In this document: positions 1 through 8,826 of the stretch, one piece after another
Layout: each line of letters starts with the position of its first letter
Numbering within the stretch: the first letter of the stretch is position 1
NCBI GenBank assembly: GCA_963675785.1
Contig: OY776562.1
Coordinates: 2,976,001 to 3,040,000, forward strand
Source of the DNA: Anaerolineae bacterium
GTDB taxonomy: Bacteria > Chloroflexota > Anaerolineae > UBA1429
DNA: 64,000 bases
Reading direction: 5' to 3'
Notes under the pieces: model-generated
Seen by the model: only the letters and a program-made list of their open reading frames with translations
Told to the model about the DNA's origin: nothing
The model's database searches: none
Translations under genes and position numbers: made by a program

Positions 1-2
1 GA

Positions 3-1502
3 CAATTCCGCAACTGGTTCTACAGCCTGCTGGCCATGTCCACCGTGTTGGAAAACAAGCCACCATTCCTGGAGAATTTTTCCTATGCCACGCTGTTGGC
101 CGAGGATGGCAAGCCCATGCACAAGAGCTCGGGTAACTCGATCGAGTTTAACGAAGCTGCCGACCAGATGGGCGTGGACGTGATGCGTTGGCTCTATTGC
201 CGACAAAAGCCAGAGAATAACCTGATTTTTGGCTATAACCGGGCTAATGAAGTGCGTCGGCAGTTCCTCATCCCGCTTTGGAACGTCTACAATTTCTTTG
301 TGACTTATGCGCGACTCGATGGTTGGGAGCCAGAGCAAGCCGGGTTCGACCCCGATATGCCTGAAGGTCCGACGCCATGTAGCGATAATCTGCTGGATCG
401 CTGGATTCTGGCTCGTATCAACGCCGTAGCAGAGGCTGTACGGGTGGCTTTGGAGAACTCGGACGCCTATACGGCCACATTGGCCGTAGATGGGTTCATC
501 GATGACCTGACCAACTGGTACGTTCGCCGCAGTCGCCGCCGTTTCTGGAAGAGTGAGCATGATGCCGACAAGACCACAGCTTATGCCACGCTGTATCATG
601 TGTTGGTCAAGCTGATCAAGGTATTGGCACCATTTACGCCTTTTGTTACCGAGATCATGTACCAGAATCTGGTGCGAGAACTGCAACCAGAAGCGCACCC
701 CAGTGTGCACCATTGCCTGTGGCCGCTGACGGACAAATCGGCATTGGATCCCGAGCTCATCGCTCAAATGGATCTGGCTCGACAGGTGGCTAGCCTGGGG
801 CTGGGAGCGCGCAGCCTTGTCAACATCAAAGTACGCCAGCCATTGGCCAGGGCACTGGTCTATGCTGGTGACAGACAAGTTGCCCTGTTGCCCGAGCTGA
901 TGGATATCATCATGGACGAACTCAACGTCAAGATGGTTGAGTTTGTCCATGATGAGGGAACTTTGGTCAACTATCGCGTGGTAGCTGACGGCAAGGTTTT
1001 GGGGCCTCGCTTTGGTAAGAGCTTCCCACTGGTTCGCGCTGTTTTGGGGGCGATGCCAGCGGCTGAGGTGGCAGCAAAGGTCAAGACTGGTCGGTCGGTG
1101 CTGGTAACTATTGCTGGTGAAGAGGTCGAACTTTTACCCGAAGAGATCATCATCGATACCGAATCAGTAGAAGGCCTTTCGGTGCAATCGGACAAAGGCA
1201 TCACTGTGGCCATTGATAGCGTCATTACACCCGAACTGGAGGCCGAGGGATTGGTGCGCGACTTGGTGCGCTATGTGCAGACACTGCGCAAAGAGGCGGA
1301 TTACGATCTCTCTCAGCGAATTACCGTGGGACTGTTTGGCTTGGATGAGGCAGCACAGGCTGCCGTGGTCTCCTTCAAAGCCTATTTGCAAGGTGAAACG
1401 CTCTGCAACCAGGTCCTTTTTGAGGATGACGGTGCCGAATGGAACGCGCGAGGCGAATCCAAGCTGGCTGGCGCTACTATTGAGGTTGCTGTTCGGGCTT
1501 AG
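3..1502 (+). CDS. ileS: Isoleucyl-tRNA synthetase, C-terminal part (5' end outside window), IleRS2-like
   Basis: Frame open from window start (QFRNWFYSLLAM...); KMSKS variant 'KPMHKSSGN', 'WYVRRSRRRFW', 'LAPFTPF', 'KVRQPL' and the long IleRS2-type C-terminus. Confidence 0.95.
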   Translation, partial: QFRNWFYSLLAMSTVLENKPPFLENFSYATLLAEDGKPMHKSSGNSIEFNEAADQMGVDVMRWLYCRQKPENNLIFGYNRANEVRRQFLIPLWNVYNFFVTYARLDGWEPEQAGFDPDMPEGPTPCSDNLLDRWILARINAVAEAVRVALENSDAYTATLAVDGFIDDLTNWYVRRSRRRFWKSEHDADKTTAYATLYHVLVKLIKVLAPFTPFVTEIMYQNLVRELQPEAHPSVHHCLWPLTDKSALDPELIAQMDLARQVASLGLGARSLVNIKVRQPLARALVYAGDRQVALLPELMDIIMDELNVKMVEFVHDEGTLVNYRVVADGKVLGPRFGKSFPLVRAVLGAMPAAEVAAKVKTGRSVLVTIAGEEVELLPEEIIIDTESVEGLSVQSDKGITVAIDSVITPELEAEGLVRDLVRYVQTLRKEADYDLSQRITVGLFGLDEAAQAAVVSFKAYLQGETLCNQVLFEDDGAEWNARGESKLAGATIEVAVRA

Positions 1503-1504
1503 GA

Positions 1505-1545
1505 AAAATAAGGGCCGCCGAGTATTCGGCGGCTCTTTGTTATTA
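1505..1545. terminator. Bidirectional intrinsic terminator between convergent ileS and Ldh_2 gene
   Basis: agggccgccga-gta-ttcggcggctct hairpin with an A-rich 5' flank and T-rich 3' flank. Confidence 0.8.
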
Positions 1546-1549
1546 AAAG

Positions 1550-2611
1550 TCAGAGTGTTTTGAGCTGAGCAACGCCGTATTGAGCGCTCAGTTTGTTCAT
1601 AATGTTCATTACATCTTCACTGAGTGGTATGCCTTTTTGACGGTTCTCAGCTGCCCTGCGTTGCTCAGGCTCGCCAGGAATGAGGATTTCCTCGACATCT
1701 GGCTCTAGGGGTGTGGCTTTGATGCGGCGAATGACCTCATCGATGCGTTCTCTAAAGGCATCGATAGGCATAAAGCGGCTCACGTCCAGGGCTCCGACAA
1801 AATGCCCCAGACTCTGCGGCTTGGCCAGGTTAGAGAACAAACCACCAATGTCACTGGTCATCATGGCGCCGGTCAACACAGAGCTAAAAACCTCGGCAAT
1901 GAGACCCAGTCCATAGCCCTTGTAACCACCGAGGGGCAACAGATAGCCATTGCTTCCAGCTTGTGCGTCCGTCGTCGGTTGGCCGTCTTTGGTTACAGCC
2001 CAGCCCAAAGGGATATCGTGTCCTTCCAGAGCGGCCAATTGCACTTTGCCGCGAGCTACTACACTGGTGGCCATATCTAGCATGATGCCGCTCGTTTCTC
2101 CGCCGGGCACCCCAATGCAAAGCGGGTTGGTGCCCAATGCGGGCGCAATGCCACCGGTTGGCAGCACCATAGGCACGGCCGCTGTGGTGGCAAAGCCGAT
2201 CATCCCCTTGGCTACAGCCCGCTGCGCAAAGAAAAAGGCGGCGCCAAAATGGGCGCTGTTGCGTACGCCCACCATGCCGCAACCGTTTTGGCCAGCCATA
2301 TCGATGGCCATGTCCATGGCCGTTATACCCACAAAAGCACCGGGCGAATCGTCGGCATCAATGAGCGCTGTGGTGTTCGATTGGGCCAGTACCACGGGAT
2401 GAGGGTCACCGTTCATGCCCCCATGTTCAATGCGTTGGCAATAGTTCTGCAAGAGACGAGAAACACCGTGACTGCCCAAGCCGTGTAATTCACCCTGGAC
2501 TAGGCTTTCAGTGACCGATACGGCTACATCACGCCGCATCCCGGCCTTGGTCAGAACTGCCAGTGTAAAACGATCCAGTTCGTCTGCCGCAATGCGTACA
2601 TAGTCGGTCAT
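1550..2611 (-). CDS. Ldh_2 family (AllD/ComC/YiaK-type) NAD(P)-dependent oxidoreductase
   Basis: 'GLGSHGVSRL', 'RNSAHFGAA', 'GTNPL', 'LDMATS', 'GGYKGYGL', 'IPGEPE' motifs; start moved to ATG 2611 behind a GGAG RBS. Confidence 0.9.
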   Translation of the reverse strand: MTDYVRIAADELDRFTLAVLTKAGMRRDVAVSVTESLVQGELHGLGSHGVSRLLQNYCQRIEHGGMNGDPHPVVLAQSNTTALIDADDSPGAFVGITAMDMAIDMAGQNGCGMVGVRNSAHFGAAFFFAQRAVAKGMIGFATTAAVPMVLPTGGIAPALGTNPLCIGVPGGETSGIMLDMATSVVARGKVQLAALEGHDIPLGWAVTKDGQPTTDAQAGSNGYLLPLGGYKGYGLGLIAEVFSSVLTGAMMTSDIGGLFSNLAKPQSLGHFVGALDVSRFMPIDAFRERIDEVIRRIKATPLEPDVEEILIPGEPEQRRAAENRQKGIPLSEDVMNIMNKLSAQYGVAQLKTL

Positions 2612-2748
2612 ATCTTGTCTCCGTTCTCGTTGCCAATATTCCATGTGGGTATCATACCGAGTTGCCTCTCTCTGTCCACTTGTTTTTCGCGCTCTTACTT
2701 TGCGGCGGTATCGCTAACCCCGTACAATGACAATACTTTATTGAAAGG

Positions 2749-4968
2749 ATGATCCCTTTGGATCTCTTTGCTCATGCTCGAAATGAACAGAATGAACATG
2801 AGGCCCCCTTGGCCGCACGGATGCGCCCTCGCAACCTGGATGAGTTCATTGGCCAGGAGCACGTGGTGGGCCCTGGCCGCTTGCTGCGCCGCGCCATCCA
2901 GGCCGACCAGCTCTCGTCGCTGATCTTTTACGGGCCGCCAGGTACGGGAAAAACCACGTTGGCTATGGTAATTGCCAACACGACCAGTTCTCGCTTTGTA
3001 ACGCTGAATGCTGTATTGGCTGGCGTGCAGGATATTCGCAAAGTGACAGCCGAGGCACGTGAAGACCGCGATCTCTATGGACGTCGCACCATCCTTTTTG
3101 TGGACGAGGTACACCGCTGGAACAAGGCCCAGCAGGACGCACTGCTGCCCTGGGTAGAGAACGGCACCATTGTCATGATTGGTGCGACGACGGAGAATCC
3201 CTGGTTTTCGGTGAATAAAGCGCTGTTGAGTCGCAGCCGTGTCTTTCAACTCGTGCCCCTCAGTGAGGGCGATTTACTCAAGATCGCCGAACAAGCTATT
3301 GCTGATGCCGAGCGCGGCTATGGCAAGTTGAATGTCATCATCCAGCCGGATGCTATGGACCATCTGGTGAATGTGGCTAACGGTGATGCGCGCTCGCTAC
3401 TCAATGCTTTGGAATTGGCTGTCGAGACCACCGACCCTGATAACCAGGGGCGAACCATCATTAGTCTTGCTGTGGCTGAAGAATCTATTCAACGCCGCGC
3501 TGTGCTTTACGATCGTGAAGGCGATTATCACTTTGATACCATTAGTGCTTTTATCAAATCGATTCGCGGCTCTGATCCAGATGCGGCCCTCTATTGGCTT
3601 TCTAAAATGGTTTATGCTGGCGAAGACCCGCGTTTCATCTTTCGGCGGCTGCTCATTTCTGCCAGCGAGGATATCGGTTTGGCCGATCCACAGGCTTTGC
3701 GTGTGGTAGAGAGCGCTGCTGCCACCTTTGATCGTGTCGGATTGCCAGAGGGCCAGTTTCACTTGGCGGAGGCTACGCTCTACCTGGCCACTGCGCCCAA
3801 GTCCAATTCGACAATGGGCTATTTCGATGCTTTGGAGGTGGTTCGCACCGAACGTAGTTCGGATGTGCCAGCACATCTCAAGGATGCTAGTCGCGACAAA
3901 GAGGGTTTTGGCCACGGTGAGGGGTATTTGTATCCCCATGCTTATCGTGATCACTGGGTAGCTCAGCAATATCTACCCTCCTCGCTGCAAGGGCGTCTGT
4001 TCTACGAGCCCGGCGATCAGGGCTATGAAAAGAGTATTCAGGTACAGGTTCAGCAACGCCGCGAGGCCCAATTGGCAGCAGTGGTGGATACCTCCGATGC
4101 CGCTGATGTGCTCACCTTTTCGCCGGTGAATGCGAACGAGAGCCACTGGCTGACGCGAGCCATCGGTTCTGTCGGTCAGGAATTGGCCAATCTTCGCGAG
4201 ATCGTCTTTGGTCAGGAGCGCTGGGAACGCCATTGGTTGGTTTTGGATCTCAACGCCGGTTCTGGTTTGCTTACCTGGGAAGCACTGCGCCGGGTGCCCG
4301 AAGGTGGTGTATGGGTTTTGGTGGACAATGAATCGACGGCACAGGCACTCATCGAACAATCCCAACATCTTACCCAGTTGTCCCGACCGCAGGTGTGGGG
4401 GGGAGCAATCCCCGATGTGACTGAACATGCGGATGTGCGTTTCGACCGCATCATAGGGCGAAATGCGCTAGGCTCACTTCAGGACAAGGCGAGCGCTTTG
4501 AAGGCGATTGCAGATATATTAGCTGCTGAAGGTGCGCTAAGCCTGGTAGAGGCCATTCCCTCGCGGGCACAACGTCTATCCGATCTGTTGAACACTTCCG
4601 CCTGGCCCCAGGGCCTTGCTGGCGCCTTTCGCGAACTGGAAGAAGAACTCTATAACGATCCCACCAGTCCTTTGACCAATTGGAAGGCAGATGATCTGGC
4701 CGCATTTGCTACGGAAGCGGGATTGCGCCTGGTTCAAGTGACCACTGTACCTCTTGAACGTCAGGTGCTCATCAATGCCAAAACAATTGAGGGCTGGTTT
4801 GGCGAGGGAAGCAAAAAGGGAGCTCCGTCTTTGGGACAGCGCCTTAGGAGCACCTTGAGCGACGATCAGGTGGGTACTATTGAATTGGCTTGCCGAACTC
4901 AGCTTGTTGGTGATCCTGTGCCCTGGCATGCCGAATATGTCCATCTCCAGGCTGCGCGGGGCCGCTAG
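2749..4968 (+). CDS. rarA: RarA/MgsA replication-associated recombination AAA+ ATPase fused to a C-terminal class I methyltransferase-like domain
   Basis: 'PLAARMRP', Walker A GPPGTGKT, '[12 protein letters not shown]', '[11 protein letters not shown]', 'YLYPH'; C-terminal ~290 aa contains '[11 protein letters not shown]' and 'FDRIIGRN'. Confidence 0.9.
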   Translation: MIPLDLFAHARNEQNEHEAPLAARMRPRNLDEFIGQEHVVGPGRLLRRAIQADQLSSLIFYGPPGTGKTTLAMVIANTTSSRFVTLNAVLAGVQDIRKVTAEAREDRDLYGRRTILFVDEVHRWNKAQQDALLPWVENGTIVMIGATTENPWFSVNKALLSRSRVFQLVPLSEGDLLKIAEQAIADAERGYGKLNVIIQPDAMDHLVNVANGDARSLLNALELAVETTDPDNQGRTIISLAVAEESIQRRAVLYDREGDYHFDTISAFIKSIRGSDPDAALYWLSKMVYAGEDPRFIFRRLLISASEDIGLADPQALRVVESAAATFDRVGLPEGQFHLAEATLYLATAPKSNSTMGYFDALEVVRTERSSDVPAHLKDASRDKEGFGHGEGYLYPHAYRDHWVAQQYLPSSLQGRLFYEPGDQGYEKSIQVQVQQRREAQLAAVVDTSDAADVLTFSPVNANESHWLTRAIGSVGQELANLREIVFGQERWERHWLVLDLNAGSGLLTWEALRRVPEGGVWVLVDNESTAQALIEQSQHLTQLSRPQVWGGAIPDVTEHADVRFDRIIGRNALGSLQDKASALKAIADILAAEGALSLVEAIPSRAQRLSDLLNTSAWPQGLAGAFRELEEELYNDPTSPLTNWKADDLAAFATEAGLRLVQVTTVPLERQVLINAKTIEGWFGEGSKKGAPSLGQRLRSTLSDDQVGTIELACRTQLVGDPVPWHAEYVHLQAARGR

Positions 4969-4971
4969 GAA

Positions 4972-5703
4972 TTATTCTGCTGTTCGCAGACCACCCCGCA
5001 AATAAATATGGCTAACAATGGCGTCGGTGCAGCCGGCCACATCGTTTAAGATGCTTTCAGGTCTAAAAATGAGAATATCCCACTCCTGAGGTTGCTCATT
5101 GGATGGATCTACGAGTTCGCAGAGAACACCCACGCCGCCACTCGCGCAAGGAATCGCGAGATCAACCTGAATGGCGTGATTCTCCATGGAAATGGTATAG
5201 GGGGAGGCGCAGGGTACTTCGCGAATTTCCAAAGCTTTCTTGAGTCTGTCCACAGCGGTTTCGCGATCCCACAACTGGCCGATTTCGGTGCTGCTGTAGA
5301 GTAGAGATAGGCGTGTGGGGATAAAAGTGATGCGCCGCAGGTTTTCACTGATGATAGGGTGGGGCAGTTCTTCAAGCTTAGCCAGGTCAAAGCGATAGTA
5401 TAGTTCGCCGGCGCGCGGGTGTGCGGCTTCTTCGGGCAATAATTCGCGGCGAGGCATCACGTGCACTTGCTGCACGTGGGCCATGTATCTGACAGAGTAC
5501 TGCCAATCCTCAAAAATGTGAGGGTGATAAAAAGCTAAATAGGCCACATGAATTCTGCTTGGTGCACGTTTGACGGGGATGCGGTACCAATGTTCGGTTG
5601 TAATGTGCCCCCAATCTGTCACAGTAGGGACAATAACCACCAAGGCGGCGGGGTCACTTTCGGCATATTCAATGCTTTCGATATCGGCTGGCTCATCCCA
5701 CAT
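4972..5703 (-). CDS. Hypothetical protein: N-terminal 'HWYRIP' domain plus degenerate DUF559/Vsr-like C-terminal domain
   Basis: 'HWYRIPVKRAP...YLAFY' and 'RRITFIPT'; C-terminus 'YTI...VDLAIPC...VGVLCE...WDILIF' resembles the DUF559 layout; GAGG RBS. Confidence 0.55.
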   Translation of the reverse strand: MWDEPADIESIEYAESDPAALVVIVPTVTDWGHITTEHWYRIPVKRAPSRIHVAYLAFYHPHIFEDWQYSVRYMAHVQQVHVMPRRELLPEEAAHPRAGELYYRFDLAKLEELPHPIISENLRRITFIPTRLSLLYSSTEIGQLWDRETAVDRLKKALEIREVPCASPYTISMENHAIQVDLAIPCASGGVGVLCELVDPSNEQPQEWDILIFRPESILNDVAGCTDAIVSHIYLRGGLRTAE

Positions 5704-5746
5704 GGCGCATCCTCATGTTGTTTTCGCCTAGTATGCCAGAATAGCA

Positions 5747-5776
5747 AAACGGGTGCCAGTGTACTGGCACCCGTTT
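5747..5776. terminator. Intrinsic terminator hairpin downstream of the CaCA antiporter
   Basis: aaacgggtgccagt-gt-actggcacccgttt perfect inverted repeat. Confidence 0.75.
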
Positions 5777-5787
5777 CTCTAATAGGA

Positions 5788-6870
5788 TCAGCCGCCGAAG
5801 ATGCCGCCCAATGTAGACCAGAGGTGATCCCACTGTGGTGTCGAAGCATCCGTGGGGAAGAGCAAATATCTGGGGATGAGATAGACTAGATACAGCCCCA
5901 TGAGATAAAAGGCGTGTGCCTTTTTAAGCTTGCCCTTGGTGAACCAGAGAATCAGCCACAAAATGATGCCTGTGATGGTTTCCCAAGGAAGATCCCAGAG
6001 CACAAGAGGCTCGGGAACATAGTAAGTCGAGATCAAAGCACCGCCACCGATGGCTACCAAAGGGTTGGTGATGTTGCTGCCAACCAATGTGCCCAGTGAG
6101 ATACCATGGGCCTTTTTGCCAACGCCAGAAAGCGCTGTGGTGAGTTCGGGAAGTGCCGAAGCCAGACCCAACGTGACAACGCCGATAAGCGAACCACTAA
6201 TGCCTGTCTGTACGACAACAGTCTCAGTTGCGTGAAGCACAACTTGGGCTGCACCAACCGTTATAGCCATGGCCAATAGCGAGATGAAAGAATACTCCCA
6301 GGCCTCTTTTTTGTTTGCAGGCGCCTCAGTATCGTCATCATCGGTCTCAGGTTGACCATCAAAGTGCTTGCGCTCATCCCAATAAAGGTACCAGGTGTAA
6401 AGGATGAACGTGCCAAACAAAATGAGACCATCAATGCGGGAAAAATTTCTGTCCCAGCCAAGGATGATACACATAACCGTCGTGCCAATCATGGGGATCA
6501 TGCTCTTCCAGAGGAAGTAACGCCGGAAGTACAACGTGCCTGCCAAAAAGACAACAAGCCCCAGAATGACGGTCTGCTGTACCACATCTGAGCCAATGTT
6601 TGCGCCCAGGACAACGGAGGATAGAACTTCTCTGCGTGAGGGATCACCCAGAATGCCCACGGATGCTGTCAGGTGAGAAGTGATTTCTGGGATACTTGTG
6701 GCCAGTGATACAACGGTCATGCCCATAAATGTCGTTGATAAATTGAAATACTTTGCCAGACCAATGAGCTTGCCGACGGCCTTGTCAGCTGCAAGAACGA
6801 GCACAACAAGTGCACCCACGCCGATTAGTGATACTACCCAGAGACTTTGTGACTGAAAAAACGCTGCCAT
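5788..6870 (-). CDS. Sodium:calcium antiporter (CaCA/YrbG family)
   Basis: Two alpha-repeats ('SLATSIPE...GANIGSD', 'LASALPE...GTLVGSNITN'), about 10 TM segments and an acidic central loop; start moved to ATG 6870. Confidence 0.9.
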   Translation of the reverse strand: MAAFFQSQSLWVVSLIGVGALVVLVLAADKAVGKLIGLAKYFNLSTTFMGMTVVSLATSIPEITSHLTASVGILGDPSRREVLSSVVLGANIGSDVVQQTVILGLVVFLAGTLYFRRYFLWKSMIPMIGTTVMCIILGWDRNFSRIDGLILFGTFILYTWYLYWDERKHFDGQPETDDDDTEAPANKKEAWEYSFISLLAMAITVGAAQVVLHATETVVVQTGISGSLIGVVTLGLASALPELTTALSGVGKKAHGISLGTLVGSNITNPLVAIGGGALISTYYVPEPLVLWDLPWETITGIILWLILWFTKGKLKKAHAFYLMGLYLVYLIPRYLLFPTDASTPQWDHLWSTLGGIFGG

Positions 6871-7558
6871 TCCCCGACCATCCAAGCTAGTGAGTGGGCT
6901 CCGCGATACGTTTTTAGGTCTGTGTATGCGATATGAGCAAACTCTGCCAATAATACGACATGGTATTCTACCAACCCCTAAAATAGCTGTCAAGCAGTGC
7001 TAAAATGCATGTTTGTGCAATGTGCCCTCTTGTTCTTAGGGTTTCAATTTCAGGGGATTTAGAGAGATTGTGCTACTTTTAACCGTGCCATTCGATTTAG
7101 TTCTAGGGTGAAAGGCCCCAGTGTTTTAGGAGCAAAGTCAGAGCTAGTGTTGAAACTTGAACTAGATTTAACGACTATTCTTTTACTATAATCACAAATA
7201 GAGTCTTTGGATGCAACTATTTGGTCAGGAGACGTGGTTCGCGCCGTGGACTTTGGCATCGAGGCAGGTTAGGAGCAAGATAGTTTCTTTATAGTTAATT
7301 GAAATAACCACATCATTATTGACTGCAGTTCCTGATGGGGCGTGAGCATGCGCCGAGAGTCGTTTGTTTGGTGCTATGTGCACAAAGTTTTGAGCTACGG
7401 TGCCTGCTGCGAGGAAAGGCTCTTCTAGCAGAACTGTAAAAGTGCGGCATCATTTGAGAACTGGCTAAGCAGCATCAAGAGATTTTTCAGAATAGCAGCT
7501 TCTAATCTGGATTGGTACGATAGCCGTGGAGATGAATGCGTCACAAGGGCATGACCAC

Positions 7559-7597
7559 AAAATAAGAGGACATCCTACAGGGATGTCCTCTTATTTT
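7559..7597. terminator. Bidirectional intrinsic terminator
   Basis: aaaataagaggacatcc-tacag-ggatgtcctcttatttt, a 17-bp perfect stem that includes A/T tracts on both sides. Confidence 0.85.
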
Positions 7598-7925
7598 ATG
7601 ATTCTAGCGCTTTGCGTACAGCCTGAATAATTTGGAATCCATCAGCTGTGCCCACTGCTGCCAGTTGATTGTTTACAAAGGCGAGGGGATAAAATACGTA
7701 TCCTCGCTCATGCTCTGTTTGCTTGATAAGCTGAGCATATTCTTGCGGAAGCTCACCATTGTCTATGTCAAAGTAGGTCAAGCTGACCTGGTCGCCGAAC
7801 ATACGCTCGAGTTGAAGCCGTGTGATCTCGCTAGTCTCCGCCGAAGACCTGCGCGGGCCTCAACCACCGCCGCAGAACTCGGCACCGGTCTGGCCGAGAA
7901 TGAGCACCTTAACTTTTTCCGCCAT
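7596..7925 (-). CDS. Putative selenoprotein, YuzD/DUF1462-like thioredoxin fold, CGGGU motif (109 aa)
   Basis: ATG at 7925 behind a GAGAGGG RBS reads MAEKVKVLILGQTGAEFCGGG-TGA(7862-7860)-GPRRSSAETSEITRLQLERMFGDQVSLTYFDI...FYPLAFVNNQL, in frame with track ORF 7596-7802; hairpin follows the TGA. Confidence 0.8.
7828..7853 (-). promoter_or_regulatory. Bacterial SECIS-like hairpin downstream of the in-frame UGA
   Basis: mRNA CGC-A-G-GUCUUC-GGC-GGAGAC-U-A-GCG; the apical loop starts with G about 18 nt after UGA, matching bacterial SECIS geometry. Confidence 0.65.
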
Positions 7926-7966
7926 GTATACCCTCTCATACCTTTATACCCAGGGTGGGTACGCAA

Positions 7967-8032
7967 AATATACCATTGATGGTCTCGTCAGTCAATCGGC
8001 CGGTTGACACCTGTACCCCTCAACCATATAAT
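7967..8032. promoter_or_regulatory. Back-to-back sigma70 promoters (selenoprotein candidate on minus, HAD phosphatase on plus)
   Basis: Plus: TTGACA(8004-8009)-17 nt-TATAAT(8027-8032). Minus: TTGACT(7995-7990)-17 nt-TATATT(7972-7967) with an extended TG. Confidence 0.8.
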
Positions 8033-8122
8033 CCACACGAATTGTCTTCTGTGTGCAACCCCTGGCTATGAAACTGCGTCTTATCATTGTCTCAAATCCT
8101 GATTTAGGAGTTTGACTGAGCG

Positions 8123-8737
8123 ATGCCTATCAAGGCCTTTGTCTTTGACTGCGGAGGCGTGCTTTTTCGCGATGGTGACCTGACGCCCTATGACGTCTGG
8201 GCAGAGCGTGCTGGAATTACACCAGAGGCGTTACGTCAGCTTTTATGGGCCAGTGATTTTTGGCGTCAGGCCGAGTGTGGCCAGATTACAGATGCACGTT
8301 ACTGGGAATTGATTCTGCAAGAGCTGGGCCTCGACGATGAGACTTCACCCCAGGATCTTAAGCAGGATCTTTGGACAACGTGGGAGCTTGATTCTGCCCT
8401 GATAGAAACGATTGACGAGCTCCGAAAGCACTATTCCGTTTCAATGCTTAGCAATGCAACTGATGATCTGGAGTGCATTCTCGATACGTTTGGGGTTTCG
8501 GATCGTTTTGAGCATATCATCAATTCTGCACGGGTAGGCACTGCCAAACCCGATAAAGCGATTTTTGCCCACACGCTCGAACGAATTGGCTTTGAACCAG
8601 ATCAAGTTGTATTTATTGACGACCGCGCTGAGAATATCACTGCAGCTTCGGGTGTGGGGATGCATGTCATCTGGTATGTTGGTCTAAATGAACTGCGTCG
8701 CCGCCTCTCCTTGTTCGATCATAACCTCTCTTTTTAA
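8123..8737 (+). CDS. HAD family phosphatase (YihX-like)
   Basis: Motif I 'FDCGGVL', motif II 'LSNA', 'KPD..IF', motif IV 'FIDDRAEN'; AGGAG RBS. Confidence 0.9.
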   Translation: MPIKAFVFDCGGVLFRDGDLTPYDVWAERAGITPEALRQLLWASDFWRQAECGQITDARYWELILQELGLDDETSPQDLKQDLWTTWELDSALIETIDELRKHYSVSMLSNATDDLECILDTFGVSDRFEHIINSARVGTAKPDKAIFAHTLERIGFEPDQVVFIDDRAENITAASGVGMHVIWYVGLNELRRRLSLFDHNLSF

Positions 8738-8826
8738 TTCTTCTTCGTCTGTCGCACGTCCTGCTCCTGGAACGTCTGTAACGACCGTTACGTCGTACAT
8801 AGGTTGATACTCTGTGAGGTAGACCA

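Noticed and set aside
7059-7259. 66-aa minus-strand ORF in the long intergenic gap
   Set aside because: No convincing RBS, Ser-rich composition, no motif.
7330-7560. Possible tmRNA, RNase P or 6S RNA in the gap
   Set aside because: Lacks the tRNA-like ends of tmRNA, the RNase P P4 consensus and the long terminal pairing of 6S.
7778-7966. 62-aa minus-strand ORF overlapping the selenoprotein start (possible frameshift explanation)
   Set aside because: It is in a different frame and is Arg-rich and unprotein-like; the ATG 7925 frame is continuous with the downstream ORF apart from one TGA, so no frameshift is needed.
8778-8791. Palindrome gtaacg-ac-cgttac upstream of PBP#1
   Set aside because: Short single instance that could arise by chance; no regulator can be linked.
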